64,000 nucleotides of DNA from Octopus sinensis (GCF_006345805.1 NC_042997.1:60636001-60700000); one strand, 5' to 3'; numbered from the stretch's first letter, positions 11,201 to 24,049 are shown. Numbers and translations are program-made. Notes: generated by a model not told the origin, from the sequence alone.

Positions 11201-14200
11201 CTGTACAATTTGATAGAGCAAGAAGTTAGCACCTGGCAAGCTAAGACCCCATCATAGCTTCAACCCACAGTTAAAATCATTTCACTTTTCTTGTACCACA
11301 AATGCACTTAAGAAAAGTTTGAATATCATACTACACATTTCTACACATCTATTAAAATGTAGACCATCATTGTCAAAAAGAAGTATATATTGTGCACTGA
11401 AGTTAAAATGATTTATATATATATATTGAGATGGAGGCTCTGAATGCAGAAGACATGTGAAGGCTAGATAGGAATGAAGCTAGTATGCTCTGCTTGATGT
11501 GCAATGTTAGTGTACATGTTCGACAGAGCATTAATGTATTGAGGGAAAAGTTGAGCATAAGAGGAATTAGATGCGGTGTGCAAGACTGTACTGGTTTGGT
11601 CATGTGATGCATATGGATGTAGACAGTTGCATACAGAAGTGCTTATCACTTTAAGTGGATGGAATTTGTGGAAGAGGGAGACTCAGGAAGACATGGGATG
11701 AAGTACTGAAGGCCAATCTCATGACGCCGAGTCTTACTAAGGAGGTGACTCAGAACTGAGATATCTGGCATGTTGCTGTACTCAAGAAGACCCATCCACT
11801 ACAGCAGAATTGATACCAGTGCTGGTGCCACATAAAAAGCAATTATGATGTCACATTAAAAGTACTGGTGGTGGTACCACATAAAAAGCATCCAGTATAC
11901 TCTGTGGAGTGGTTGGCACTACGAAACCATGTCAGAATGGACAATGGTGCCTGGTGCAGCTACTGGCCTTACCAGCTCCAATCAAATCCAAGCCAGCATG
12001 GAAAATAAATGTTACATGATGATGATATATACATGCATCGTCATCATCGTTTAACGTCCGTTTTCCATGCTGGCATGGGTTGGACAGTTTGACTGAGGGC
12101 TGGCGAGCCAGAAGGCTGTACCAGGCTCCAATCTGATCTGGCAAAGTTTCTTATTTCTTTACTGCCCACAAGGGGCTAAACACAGAAGGGACAAACAAAG
12201 ACATATAAACGGATTAAGTTGATTATATCGACCCCAGTGCATAACTGGTACTTATTTTATTGACCCTAAATGATGAAAAGCAAAGTGGACCTTGGCAGAA
12301 TTTGAACTCAGAACGTAGTGGCAGATGAAATACTGCTAAGCATTTCGCCCAGTGTGCTAACGTTTCTACCAGCTCACCGCTTTGATCTGGCAAAGTTTCT
12401 ACAGCTAGATGCCTTTCCTAATGCCGACCAGTCCAAGAGTGTAGTGGGTGCTTTTACGTGCCACTGGCCTGAGGGAAACATAAATAAATTATTCGGCTTA
12501 TTCTTGATCACTATTTTAACATCTACATTAGCACAGGATAGATGGGTTTGCTATACAATAACTTACTTTATCAACATAGTCTTGTGTCATCTCTTCTGTG
12601 AGGGATAGCATCTTGAAATGTGCCCTTATTACTCCTCTCTTTATATTTTCCTTTGTCAAGTATCTTCTATTATGATTATCAGAAATAGCTACCAAATACC
12701 TCTAACTACACACTGTCATCTTATCAAAAAACTCATAGTAAAGTGTAGTCTAAAGTCATACCTGATAAAATAAATAAGTACCAGTTGAACACTGGGGCCC
12801 GACGTAATCAATTTACCCCCTCCCAAAAGTTGCTGGCCTTGTACCAGAAGTTGAAACCGTTATTATTTCTATTATTGTACATTGATGACTATGGAGGCAC
12901 ACGACATAGTGGTTAAGATATTATGCTCATGATCGTAAGATTGTAGTTTTGTTTCCTGGACTGGGTGATGCATTGTGTTCTTGAGTAAAACACTTCATTT
13001 CACATTGCTCCAGTCCACTCAGCTGGCAAAAATGAATAATACTGTGATGGACTAGAATCCCATCCAGGTGGGAGAATAAACTGCACCACAGAATCCAAAA
13101 AACTGGCCTTATGAATCTATAGCTTAAGAAGGATTTTTTTTTTACACTGATCGTCTTTGAAATAAGAAATATTGACTTCTTATTTTGGAACAAAGTTTAA
13201 AATTTGTTTGAGAAGAGCACAGTTGATTGAATCAACTCTTGCATGTAACAGGTATTTATTCCATCAACAACAGAGCTATCAAAAGCAGTTTCATACCAGT
13301 ATTCAAACTTAGAACATAAATTAAACTAAATAATCTGTTACTTTTGATAATCCGACTTTTGGTAGTAATTAACATTAGCTTTTTAAATAAACGAAAGTTT
13401 TGGGCTTGTAAGGGAGAACTATAGTCGATTATATTGATCCCAGTACTTGACTGATATATGTACTTTATTAAGAAATATATATATATATAAAAGAGTGGAG
13501 GTGCAATGGTTAAAGTAGCAGACTCGCAGTTGGAGGATCGCGGTTTCGATTCCCAGACCGGGCGTTGTGTGTGTTTTTTGAGCGAAAACACCTAAAGCTC
13601 CACGAGGCGACCCCAGTTGTACTCTTTCGCCCCAAATTTTTCTCACTCTTTCTTCCTGTTTCTTGAGTAATGCTGCAATAGACTGGTGTCCCGTCCAGCT
13701 AGGGGGAAAACACATACACCACGGAAACCGGGCCCATGAGCCTGGCTAGGCTTGAAAAGGGCACATAAATAAAAAAGGCCATTTGCCAGCCTGCGCTGGC
13801 TCCTGTGCCAGCGGTACGTAAAAAGCACCCACTACACTCACGGAGTCGTTGGTGTTAGGAAGGGCATCCAGCTGTAGAAACACTGCCAAATCAGACTGGA
13901 GCCTGGTGCAGCCTCCGTGGCTTACCAGACTCTGGTCAAACCATCCAACCCATGCTAGCATGGAAAACGGACGTTAAATGATGATGATGATGATATATAT
14001 ATATAAATATATATATAAAAGAGTCTTTGAAAGTTTAATTGTATTTATTTATTTTTCTCTATTTCAGTGATAACCAAAAAGTGGTGAAAATTTTGATGTT
14101 TAATATCACAGGGGCACGAAACTCTCTTGCTTTACTGGATCATCTAATGGTAATTTTTATTTCACTATAGAAATATTTAGATTTTCTTACATAGTCAAGG

Positions 14201-16315
14201 AGTTGTGGTGTTTATACATTTTCATAGAACATTAATGGGTCTAAATAATCTTTTCTGCTATAGGTGCAAAGCCTGGAATTTTTTTGGGGGGAGGGGGGAG
14301 TTGATTACATCGACCCCAGTGCTTTACTGGTACTTAATATATTGGCACTGGAAGGATGAAAGGCGAGGTTGACCCCAGCAGAATTTGAACTCAGAACGTA
14401 AAGACAGACAAAATGCTGCTAAGCATTTTGCCCAGCATGCTAATGATTCTGCCAGCTCACCACCTGAATGGGTCTAAATAATAGAAGGTATTTTGTCCAG
14501 CTCTCCATTATTTCTGCCTCTTCAAGATAAAATATTTTAATCAGTGAAGGTAGTTAATTTGGGCTGGGTAAACTAATCTGTACATCTCTGATACTTTATA
14601 AGATATCTTGAAAACTGATTAATTTTACTTTTAAGAAAATTAATTGTAAGTTCAGCAATTATGTTCAAGTAATGTATCCATTTGGTAGCATTTGGTTACA
14701 TATTCTAGAGAGTTCACCTATCTTCACATCAATTTTTGAGATGAAAAAACAAAATATATTTAATTGCTTCTCTTTAGTTTCTGAGTTCAAATCCAACTGG
14801 ACTTGATTCTTCTTTTCATTTTCATATGAGTTAATCAAATAAAACTGGTTAAGTGCTTCATTGATATTATCAATTATATTCTCCTTCCAAATGTACTCTG
14901 TCAGACATCAATATAAGTATGCTTTTAACTATATTTTAAAAACAAAATTGAAATAGATTATTTTTAAATGTAATTATTTTTCAGGAGTGTAACTTTGATC
15001 TGGCTGTCTTTACCCCCAATATATGCTACAGTGAGGAAGTTTTATGTGGTATGTTTATGATTTTATTGTCAAATGTTCTGAATAAATAAATGAAACACAT
15101 AATTGGTCATTTCCAATAATTCTATTTAGTACCTGTTGTGTTAACCAACATTTATAGATCAGATAGATCAAGTAAGCTAACTGAAGATCTGTTAGGTCCC
15201 ACAACCTCATTTATGCAATGTTAGAGTTAGATCAGATAACTGCTTGTGTATTCCATTATACATTTGAATTTGTAGTGTAGTTTTGCAATCAGTCTAGTAT
15301 AGAACAACATTTTGTCTGTGTTTTGTTTATTATAGTACCTAGAACTTTTGAACATATTGTAATTATTGCTAGCTTTGAATCAGTAAATATTCCTTTAAAT
15401 GTTGGATTTGTTTTCAGATAATTCCATTTTAAAAGAGATAAATATGATATAGTAGATTAAATTGAATTCATTGTATTACTGGCATTTATAAAACTTGAAA
15501 GGATGAAAGTGAAAACCATTATTACAAGATCTATATTTGGAGCATAAAAGAACAGACTCAGAGGAAGCGAAAACAATGTCAATCATTGACTAATAATGTT
15601 CTTTTTGTCTCGCTGATCACAAAAGTATTAATAGTTAGCTGTTTAATGCTGTGTTAAATATGTTAACATTAATTGTTATGAAACATGTAGTTCAAGACTG
15701 GTGCCTCACTTGATATTATTTTATGTATTCAATGTATTTGGATATGCAGAAATGACCTGGTGTACCTCTAGTTAAATCTTTCCATCTAATTTTAACTACT
15801 AAAGAGCCTTAAAGATATAAACATTTACAGAAGTAATATTTCTAAACAGAATACTGAAAACTATGATAAGATTTACATAAAAAGTAAGTTTTATTTATGT
15901 ATTTTATTTTTGTCCTTTTTCTTCAGATCAATTAAAGCTTGCTGTTACTACACAGGATGCCAAAAAAGTTTGCCAGACAAATGAAAATTTCTGGAGAAAT
16001 CTTCAGTGTAACAGAAGCTCTGGAGATAAAGACAAATTTCTTAACAATAATAAATATAATGAACCTAATCAACAACCAAATTCAGGTGTCTTAGCAGAAT
16101 CTGAAACGCATGTTTTTGAAAGTATCCATGACTGCATATTTTGGTGTAGTCAAGGCAAAGATAAAGCTTTAGATAAATCTCTCTCTATTAAATCCTCAAT
16201 GCCGCCAATACTGGAAGAAGCTGATCATGTCCAAATCTTAGTAACTGGTAGCCTTTACTTAGTAGGAGGTGTTCTTACAATATTTAAAGACTCTGAAGCA
16301 CTAATCGCAATATAA
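2121..16315 (+). CDS. FPGS: Folylpolyglutamate synthase, copy A (spliced, 11 exons in window, 5'-incomplete)
   Basis: Spliced exons give one open frame with FPGS motifs: [11 protein letters not shown] (P-loop), [65 protein letters not shown] and [11 protein letters not shown]. All introns are GT-AG with consistent phases. Confidence 0.96.
2900..3300 (+). mobile_element. Tc1/mariner-superfamily transposase N-terminal remnant
   Basis: [37 protein letters not shown] resembles the HTH region of IS630-Tc1-mariner transposases (recalled similarity only). Confidence 0.45.
3344..3860 (-). mobile_element. RTE-clade LINE 3' end with (GAT)n tail
   Basis: Minus-strand [11 protein letters not shown] remnant, followed by the shared GGAAGGCATCCAGCTGTAGA...ATGATGATG 3' end. 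Confidence 0.75.
4519..4624 (+). CDS. FPGS: FPGS-A exon (106 nt; [36 protein letters not shown])
   Basis: tttcag acceptor; gtaag donor; phase 2 to 0 fits the neighbouring exons. Confidence 0.95.
4770..5009 (+). CDS. FPGS: FPGS-A exon (240 nt; [18 protein letters not shown]...HKAGIFK)
   Basis: Matches supplied ORF 4785..5024; ttttag acceptor; AAG|gtaagt donor. Confidence 0.97.
5927..6090. mobile_element. hAT-type MITE with 8-bp TSD
   Basis: Imperfect TIRs cagtcatgggcaaac / ggctgtccatgcttg, flanked by an identical ATTTAGAT at 5919-5926 and 6091-6098. Confidence 0.85.
6455..6532 (+). CDS. FPGS: FPGS-A exon (78 nt; [26 protein letters not shown])
   Basis: Same length and phase as the copy-B exon 45651-45728; AAG|gtaa donor. 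Confidence 0.9.
7508..7652 (+). CDS. FPGS: FPGS-A exon (145 nt; [13 protein letters not shown]...[19 protein letters not shown])
   Basis: ttttcag acceptor; G|gttagt donor; paralogous to 47072-47216. Confidence 0.92.
9020..9154 (+). CDS. FPGS: FPGS-A exon (135 nt; in-frame alternative acceptors would start it at 9053 or 9056)
   Basis: ttttcag acceptor; G|gtaat donor; the 3' part aligns with copy B 50081-50179. The 5' boundary is ambiguous. Confidence 0.8.
9347..9444 (+). CDS. FPGS: FPGS-A exon (98 nt; [33 protein letters not shown])
   Basis: W-x-GR and LDGAH motifs; cacag acceptor; AAG|gtttgt donor. Confidence 0.95.
9560..10700 (-). mobile_element. Degenerate RTE-clade LINE ORF2 (RT and C-terminal region)
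   Basis: [11 protein letters not shown]...KTKVLVSRK (RT motif C region) and downstream RTE-like remnants with many lesions. Confidence 0.7.
10945..10997 (+). CDS. FPGS: FPGS-A exon (53 nt; [18 protein letters not shown])
   Basis: tttacag acceptor; gtaagt donor; paralogous to 54990-55042; C-x-x-WF motif. Confidence 0.9.
11430..12027 (+). mobile_element. 5'-truncated RTE LINE
   Basis: Remnants [26 protein letters not shown] and [12 protein letters not shown], plus a 3' UTR ending in ATGATGAT. Confidence 0.8.
12040..12470 (-). mobile_element. RTE-type 3' tail copy interrupted by a SINE
   Basis: Begins catcatcgtttaacgtccgttttccatgc and resumes after 12383 with ctacagctagatgcctttcctaatgcc. Confidence 0.8.
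12152..12382 (-). mobile_element. tRNA-headed SINE with 18-bp TSD
   Basis: A-box/B-box-like head (GTTCTGAGTTCAAATTC); TGATCTGGCAAAGTTTCT is duplicated at 12134-12151 and 12383-12400. Relatives lie at ~5270-5420, ~14283-14465 and ~58110-58260. Confidence 0.88.
12890..13135 (+). mobile_element. tRNA-headed SINE (CORE-like middle domain)
   Basis: tRNA-like head, then tgtgttcttgagtaaaacac...ccagtccactcagctgg. A minus-strand relative lies at ~54110-54430. Confidence 0.65.
13496..13992 (+). mobile_element. tRNA-headed SINE (13496-13777) directly followed by an RTE-type tail (13780-13992)
   Basis: Head ggaggtgcaatggtt...ggtttcgattcccagaccgggc is shared with 56750-56945; the tail ends in (GAT)n. 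Confidence 0.8.
14068..14149 (+). CDS. FPGS: FPGS-A exon (82 nt; [27 protein letters not shown])
   Basis: atttcag acceptor; gtaat donor; FN-x-TG-x-R motif. Confidence 0.93.
14985..15048 (+). CDS. FPGS: FPGS-A exon (64 nt; [21 protein letters not shown])
   Basis: tttcag acceptor; G|gtatg donor; FD-x-AVF-x-PN motif. Confidence 0.93.
15927..16315 (+). CDS. FPGS: FPGS-A terminal exon (DQLKLAVTT...[29 protein letters not shown])
   Basis: cttcag acceptor; open frame to TAA at 16313-16315; C-terminal VTGSL-x-LVG motif. It is absent from the ORF track because there is no early ATG. Confidence 0.93.
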
Positions 16316-16438
16316 ATTCTGCTTTCTCCAGTTTTCTAATACTAAATGGTATGTATGCCACAGAACTTTCTATGAACATTTCTGAAAGACAAATACAAAG
16401 GTGTTTGATATTGAAACAGAGAATATGTTGAATATTAT

Positions 16439-16444
16439 AATAAA
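16439..16444 (+). terminator. Candidate polyadenylation signal of FPGS-A (AATAAA)
   Basis: First AATAAA noticed, about 125 nt after the stop codon. Confidence 0.45.
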
Positions 16445-17700
16445 GCACACTTGATTGCATAGTTTGACACCATGCAATGTTTATGACAGAATGTTTAAAA
16501 TAGATAGATGTTTATATTGAATGATAGTGTACTGAACATAATATATTTGATGATGTATGAAGTAGTCAAGTGCTAAAATAGTTCTTCAGTATACCTATAA
16601 ATTTTACAGAACTTGTGCAAGTATACTTATAAATTTTACAGAACTTGTGCAATTGACACATATCAATTTATTTAAAAACTATTTTTTAGTGTAAAAACCA
16701 CTCGAGATACTTTGAAGTGTCTAGTTTAACTTATCTAGCTGATTGAAATGAAGTGTCTTATCTTTATTATAATGGAGCTTATGTAAGTATATCTATGCAT
16801 GTAACTGAAACCTGACCAGCCTTTCATCTTATTACCTCTCACACTCTCCCTATGAACTTCACACCACCTCTTACTCCAACCACTTCCCTTAAGGCATGAC
16901 AGAAGTAGTGTAAGAGAGAGAAAGGAGTTGTTATCTAGCAGATAAGAGTATTATGTGGCTTGCCTGCTATATTGCTGTCTAACAATATTCACATACCATG
17001 TAAGGTGCCATCAATGTAAGCTAGCTGTTTTGGTATTTGTCAAGAGAGCTTCTTGATGGTCATTTTATTTTATTAGTAGTAATGATGATGGATGAAGAGA
17101 AAACATTTATATTACACTGTTACTGTTGTTTCTGAATGTGGTTCCAGTGTTGATAATGTAATACTCATCTCTATTTATTCCAACAGAATAAATGGTCAGA
17201 TATATGCATAATATTGGGATTTTTGCAACTGTTGTTCTTATAGACACACAATACTTACATATATCCAGAAAAATTACTAGAGCCATTTTACCACTGATTA
17301 GAAAGGATATCAAATTTAGCTACTTGGCAAAGTAATTCGTGTAAAATGTCTCTTTTGAATTATTTTAACCAAGCAAGCAAGAGAATTGATGACAGAAGCT
17401 CAAAAATATATTTAAGTGAGTCATGCCTTGTTATATAATTTATATCTTAGAGTGGTTTCCAGCTACATATACAATGTACATTTTATTACGTAACTCATTC
17501 ATGATGTTTGATTATATGTACATAGAGAATAGATTGGATTATAAGCAGTACGGTATTCAAGACTTTGTTTTCCTAATTTGTCATGGTTGTACTAATTTAG
17601 TGTTTGTTTGTGTAAAACATGAAATTAGACAAAATGTGATTTGGCTCCACATGTGTGAGACAGGAATTATAAAAGTACACATGGAGTGTGGACTTTTAAG

Positions 17701-18067
17701 CTAGCTGCTGTGGAGGGCTAATTGGGCCTGCAGCCCAAAACTGAAGAGAGCAATAATAATAAAGCATTTATTGGTACCCTACCAATATGGTATTTCTTTA
17801 AATTTAGTTTAAATGAAAAACTTGTAAGGTCATAAATTTTTGGAGTTCTTTTAAAATTTGAATTTTCAACTGTTAGCATAAACCAAATCCTCATCCAAAC
17901 CTGATCACAATGCTGGATGTTTAAGAACCAAAAGAAGAGCACATTTTCAATCCTGGGATCATCCTGATTCCACAAAGGTATCATATATCTATGTAGAGCA
18001 AATGTAGACTGAGATACAGGGGTTCCAGATGGACAGACAGACAGAATTTCACATTTATTATGATAGA
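17701..18067 (-). mobile_element. Non-autonomous Helitron-like element
   Basis: Minus 5' end A|TCTATCATAATAAATG...(TGTC)n; 3' GC hairpin gggctgcaggccc then CTAG. The 3' flank is not the expected T. Confidence 0.5.
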
Positions 18068-21000
18068 TGTGTGATATGTCTTTGTATATTGCTGAAAATA
18101 TTCTCTACAATGAGAGCGATTTGTAAACCTACTTCTTAAAATGAGAGCATTTGCTTTATGTATATATCTATATATTTGAAATTTATTATCTCTATACTAA
18201 AAATCAATGGGAAGCATATATTTTGAGTGTGTTAGGTGAACACTGTACACCTACTATTAGAGACAATCATTTTTCTTTATAATAATTCTGCTCTTGCAAT
18301 ATCATGGTATAATCTAGTCATAATTTTTCAAATTTAAGAATATTTCAGGAATGCAAATCAAGTCGGTGTGAGGTCATATTATGTATATTTGTATATTTAT
18401 ACTTACATCAGAGGAGTAGATGATAGTACAGCCTGTGACAACTATTATTGCTTAAAATATTGTTATTTAGCCCCAAGTCAATGTCATTCTAAAAATAAAC
18501 AATTATATCATCAAAATCTCAAAGTTACAAGATAATATATAATTAATTCAAAATAATGTGAATAAATGTAACTAAAAGTTTTACTCATATTTTTTATTTT
18601 CACAGAAAATAAAGTTTATTTTTTTAATTTTAAAAATCATGTTTGTTTCACTTCAAAGTTTAAATAAAATTTTTAAAGTCTACAGACTGTTGTTATATTT
18701 GTAGTTTGCAGAATATACCCAAGGATCCCGGCTGCATGTACAACAAATAGTCAAGTGAGCAATAACATAATGTAATGAGCCACAATTTGAATTAATTCAA
18801 ATTAGATTTGTAGTGAGAGAAAAAATAGTCAATATTTAATGACTTGTAAGGACATGGTACTTCGTTTTGCAACCATAATATACTATAAAGTATATTAAAC
18901 CTTGTTAAGGCTCTCTATATGTAGTGGCTATTTAAGCCATGAGTTCATGGATGATTAATGGGATGGGTGCTGATGAAGGAGCAAAAACTCCTGAAATAAT
19001 GCATATGTCCATTACCCATTTTTCATCTTTGATATCATCGTTTGTTTACATCTGGTGTCTTGGATATGAAACATCATATCAAAATCAGTGCTGGTAATAA
19101 TTTCTAGAGATGACATTAACACGTAAAAAAAATAGTCAATGATTATCAAGCTAACCTATAATAAATATAGACACAAGGTGGTAGCCAAATGGCTAAATGC
19201 AATCCACAGATTTATAACTCTGGATATAGTGTACCTTCATCTAGTTGATGACATAGTACCTAGTGATATAAAGTGCTTAATTGTATAGTGCAGTCAGTGC
19301 ATGTTGCACTACCTCCATTAATCACTGTTTCTGTATGTTTAAAGTTGTGTGGCTCCATGTGAACTCTGATTGAAGAGTTGTAGGACAAGCAGGAAGTTAG
19401 CTGAATAAATGCCATATTTACTCATTTAATTTGAGAAATTTAAATCAGAACATCAGCCAAAGTAGGGAGGGCAGTAGGATTCATCATCATCATCACCATT
19501 TAATGCCCATTTTCCTGTTGGTTTGAGTTGGATAGTCCATCAAGAGATGGTGAGCCAGAGGACTGCATCAGCATGGTTTCTATGGCTGGATGCTTTTCCT
19601 CATGCCAACCACTTTACCGTGCTCCTTTTATATGACACTAACAACAGTGAAGTCCCCAAATAACTTGCAAAACAAACTCCTCAACTGAGGGAGATGGCTT
19701 TATGCCAAGCATGGTAGAGATACAGGAACAGGTATCTTGCTGAAGGGAAGCTACATGAATAGCCCTATTTGAAAAGAGAGATGTGTGAGGGTGAACCCTC
19801 AACTTACAGGAGGGTTTTACAGGTGTAAGAAAAAAATAAATGGATAAAGTATATAGTTTTTTAGTACAATAAGTCATGGTGGATAGATTGCATTGTGCTC
19901 AAGTAAATGCAGTTGGCGTGACCCATATCTTTAGATTCTGGATAGTTACAGTGAAGGTGGGTAAAGTAAACTCAATCAGAGTGTGACATGCTGCTCCACT
20001 CTTATTGATTTTATGTGTCTCAGCATGTCAGGGATAAATTGCACTGTTAGTATTATTGCTATCTGTGTGTGTGTAAACCAAATACGAGATATGATGTATC
20101 TGTTTACTGTTGTCATGTAGCCTTAGATCAACCATGATCAAGAAGTCCTATGGCATGCAGGTAATCAGCTGAATATTGAAGGGCAACTCATAGATTAATT
20201 ACCCTGGCTATACTAGGTCTTCCTTAACTGAGGACTATATTGCATGCTTCAACGTACAGTGATAAATTTATGAGTTGTAACACAACTCTCCACTGTCTAG
20301 TCTATTTTTATATAACTAGATTCTAGAGGTGGTTACAGAGCAACATTTGTTGTACCTCTTCACTTGGAGGTGGTATGTATTTTAACACATAATATTTAGG
20401 GGGTGGGTGAGGCTATTTCTGTATGCATGTTTTGTGTATTTTTCAATGCTTGTCCTGATTGAATGAGTATTATTTGTAAGTATATATGTATGTAGTTTCA
20501 GGGACACTAAATTTGAATCTTATTACAATAACTGCTCCTCACAAGGCATGTGTGTGTGTGGTGCATTTTTATTTGGGGTTTTTGTTGTTTAGTCCCATGT
20601 CAACCACCAATTTTTAATATTTGTTAACTTGATAAGAAAAGACAGTTTTATGGCCTTTGCTGGCCTCTAAGATCAGTAAGATGGATCTCACTACCATTTT
20701 GCTTAAACTATCAAAGTTGATAACTGCAGAAAAACACATGCGGGCAGAGAATTCAAAACGTTAATATTCTGTGAAGTAGGGGTGGGGCATACCAGTGAGT
20801 GTGGATTCCTGGGATAGGACATGATATGGCTGAAGAGAGAAGTAAGTAGATTATGATGAAAGACATTCAAGCTATAACAGTTTTTTTTATCATTTATATT
20901 TAACTTGTATCAGTCATTGGACTGCAGCTGTGCTGGGGCACTGCCTTCAATGATTAAGTCAAAGAAATCAATCCCAGTACTTATTTCTTTAAGTTTGGCA

Positions 21001-21474
21001 GTGGTTCCTTTTGCCAAACTGCTGGTTGTCAAGTGGTGAAGGGAAAAACACAAAGATGCACGCACACACACACACACACATATAATGAACTTATTGTATA
21101 CAGTGCTCAGATGCACAAATCATCAGAAAAAGTAACTAAAACTGCATGAACAGTACATAGAATATGCACAGGAAGTAAACAGTGAAAAAGTCTTTAAAAA
21201 ACAGAAGGAAGAAGAAAAAGGGGTAGGAATCATCAGGTGTACTGTTGGTGAATTTCAGGAAGCCTGGAAGTTTTGAAGGATGTAGTGTCTTAACAACTAA
21301 CAACTGATGCAAGTAATTTATTCCATGCTTCAGCAATTCTGATCATGAAAAAATGTTTCTGAAAGTTATGGGTGCTGTGCTGTCTTTTTGATTTTGTAAG
21401 CATGTCAATGAGTGTTAAACATGGAATTCAAAAAGGTGCCCAAGGTTATTGTTGGGAAGATAGTGGATAGGCTT

Positions 21475-21600
21475 CTATCCAGTTTCTATCTACCAAATTT
21501 ACTCACAAGGTGTCAGTCAGCCTGGGGCTATGGCAGAAGACACTTGTCCAAGGTGCCATGCAGTTGGACTGAACCTAAAGTGAGTCTCCTAACCACACAG
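21475..21600 (-). mobile_element. SINE family with ACCTTG(G)ACAAGTGTCTTC / CCTTGTGAGT body (one of about 6 copies)
   Basis: The same element occurs at ~25265-25410, 48330-48480, 49085-49210 and 61590-61690 (minus) and 62510-62690 (plus). Confidence 0.75.
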
Positions 21601-23017
21601 TGTAGCCTTTATTATTATTTCATCTTAATTTTTTGTTTTTTAGCAGTGCGCAACTGAGGCTGCGTTATTCAAAGTAACCTTTTTTTAAAATTGCAGGGGG
21701 TGCTTTTAGGGAGCTCTGACTGTTCATCCTAGTTTTTGGTAGTGGTGATAATTATTTTACTACAGTGTTATTCATCACATGATGTGTGATGTTGGAAATA
21801 TACTTTTGCTATTGTTGATAAAATAATTATAATTTTATTTTATACAAAATAATAAAATAAATATTAATTTTCAAAATAAAAATACTTACTAAAGCAAAAC
21901 AGAATTTCTCATTTGTATAGCTACAATAAATAAATATCAATAACAGTAATACTGTTTAGCCATCAATTAATTACAGATGGAACATTGGTTAATTCTATGT
22001 AAGGTAGCTGCATATTTATTGATATGACCTAAAAAGCCGTCAATATTAGTATTGATGATGATGATTGATTTATAATTCTCTCTCTCTCTCTCTCTCTCTC
22101 TCAATCTATCGTCTTAGACACACATATTTATATTTATATATGTCTATCTTAATTACACTAAACACACATACTCAGAGTAGCAATGGAGAGGTTCAGATAT
22201 AAATATGGATGTTGAGTAAAGGAAGAAAATAAATCCCTTGTTATGAAAAAAAATTGGTAACTGCACACCATTTAGAGTGGTACTCTTTATATTCCAAGTG
22301 CTACCTCAATATGAAAACACTCACATAGGAGGTAGCAGCAATAATAAGAAGAGGAAAAGACAGTAGGTAGGTAAAAAGTAGAGAAGGTGAATTATATGTT
22401 GTAATTGTACAGATGTAGTAACAGGTGTAGTAGATAGTGAAAATGGGAGGAGGGAGAACATTTCCATCTTAGGTAATGCATTTAGCATATTCAAGCAACT
22501 GTAGTGGGAATATTCAGCAGTCACCAATGTCACAATTCATTTGAATATTGCCCACGTGGTCAACAAAATCTGACCAATCACTATTCTAAAGCAGAATTAT
22601 ATCAATATTTTGTTTTTTATATCAATTTATATTTTTCACATCAGGCTAAGTTCAAGCTTATCTATGCCATAAACCCTATCAAATATCTGATTCAGACACA
22701 GAATACAGTAAGTTTTAGAGTCAGTAATCATCTATATCAATTAATTTCTCTTACATTTTCCATACTTCACTGACACAAGTCTTCCTTTTTGAGTCATAAT
22801 AAGCCATTCTAATCCCTAGTCCATCTAGAAATTAGAAGTTGTAGACATCATCACCACATCTGACTCTTCCTTCCCCAGCCTTATACAATGTTTTAACATC
22901 ACAACATACTCCTTGTGTTGCCTTAATAGAGCCCACTCTCTATTTATCAGACCAGCTTGTCTTCTGATGTCACCACCTATGAATCATTCTATCACAACGC
23001 ATATATTTTTCCTGTAC

Positions 23018-23500
23018 TCAGGGCTTGTGCTAGGAAGTGCAGGACCCAATTAGAGATTTGTGAGTGGGGCCCTCTAAAGCTGGAGATTGATGTTTTTTTC
23101 GCTTTATGTTTTGTGCAGTATGCCAGTTTCAGTAAAAAAGCATTGAGAACTTGAGGCTCCACTATTAGCGACAATGATAAACTAAAAATCGAAAGCTCAT
23201 ATCAAAGTTTTAATATTTTATTACAAGTCAAGATAATTACTGATAAATTGTTTGTGAATAAGCCTTCTAAAAGCAGGCTTTTTTTTTAATCCAAGAAATC
23301 TTTCAAAATCATTTCAAATTCAATGATTTTTGTAATGTTATTTCCTATAGATAGCATTGCCAAATTATTTAGTCTTTCTTGTGAAATTGTTGACCAAAGG
23401 TATGTTTTAAACAGTTTTAATTTTGACAAACTCCTTTCACCGATGCAACTGTTACGGGCACTGTTAAGTAAATCCTCAGAGCAATAAAAACACCAGGAAA
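23018..23500 (-). mobile_element. hAT transposase C-terminal (dimerisation domain) fragment
   Basis: ERSLSKLKLFKTYLWSTISQERLNNLAMLSI matches the hATC motif ERSFSKLKLIK-x-YLRSTM-x-QERL; a CAGGGC TIR-like start lies at ~23018. Confidence 0.85.
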
Positions 23501-24049
23501 TATTCAATTCATCATAGCATCCTCTGCTTAAGCATTTGCATGTGGCCTCTCTTGACCCAAGGCCCAATTTGAATAAATCTGTCTAATTGGCTTAAAACCA
23601 GCCCTGCCTATACATGGTCAAACTGGGCATCACCTGAATCAATCATATTAATCAGGGAGGGCTTGTAAAGTTCATTGTCAATGCTATGCTTCATTGTTTA
23701 ACTTGTAAAAAAATATTGTTCTTTCTTTTTTTACATTATTTTGATATACCTTTGCTTTTTAATATTGTAATCTCTAAACATCCACTTTAAATGTCTATTA
23801 CTGAAACACTTCTGGCAGTAGTGTCTCTCATCAAATTAAGTGCCTATTTATCTAAATTTATCTAAATTTATCTATAACAGCATTTAAATTAGAATAGTTT
23901 GTTTTGAAATTTGAACAGCTGTTTATCTAGTTTATTATGAATTTTACAATAAAAACAGAACTTTCCAGTAGGTGAGTTCCCTGACATCTGTTTCCCAACA
24001 AATATTGGCATTTCTTTAGCCTGTATTATATCAATCTGCCTTACTAGTG

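Noticed and set aside
13496-13570. tRNA-like sequences (also ~24175-24240 and 56750-56825)
   Set aside because: They are SINE heads that continue into repeat bodies; no complete cloverleaf was seen.
16500-24000. An additional protein-coding gene in the spacer
   Set aside because: Isolated splice-like signals (e.g. ~18710-18770 and ~20845) could not be joined into an ORF; the region is dominated by decayed repeats.
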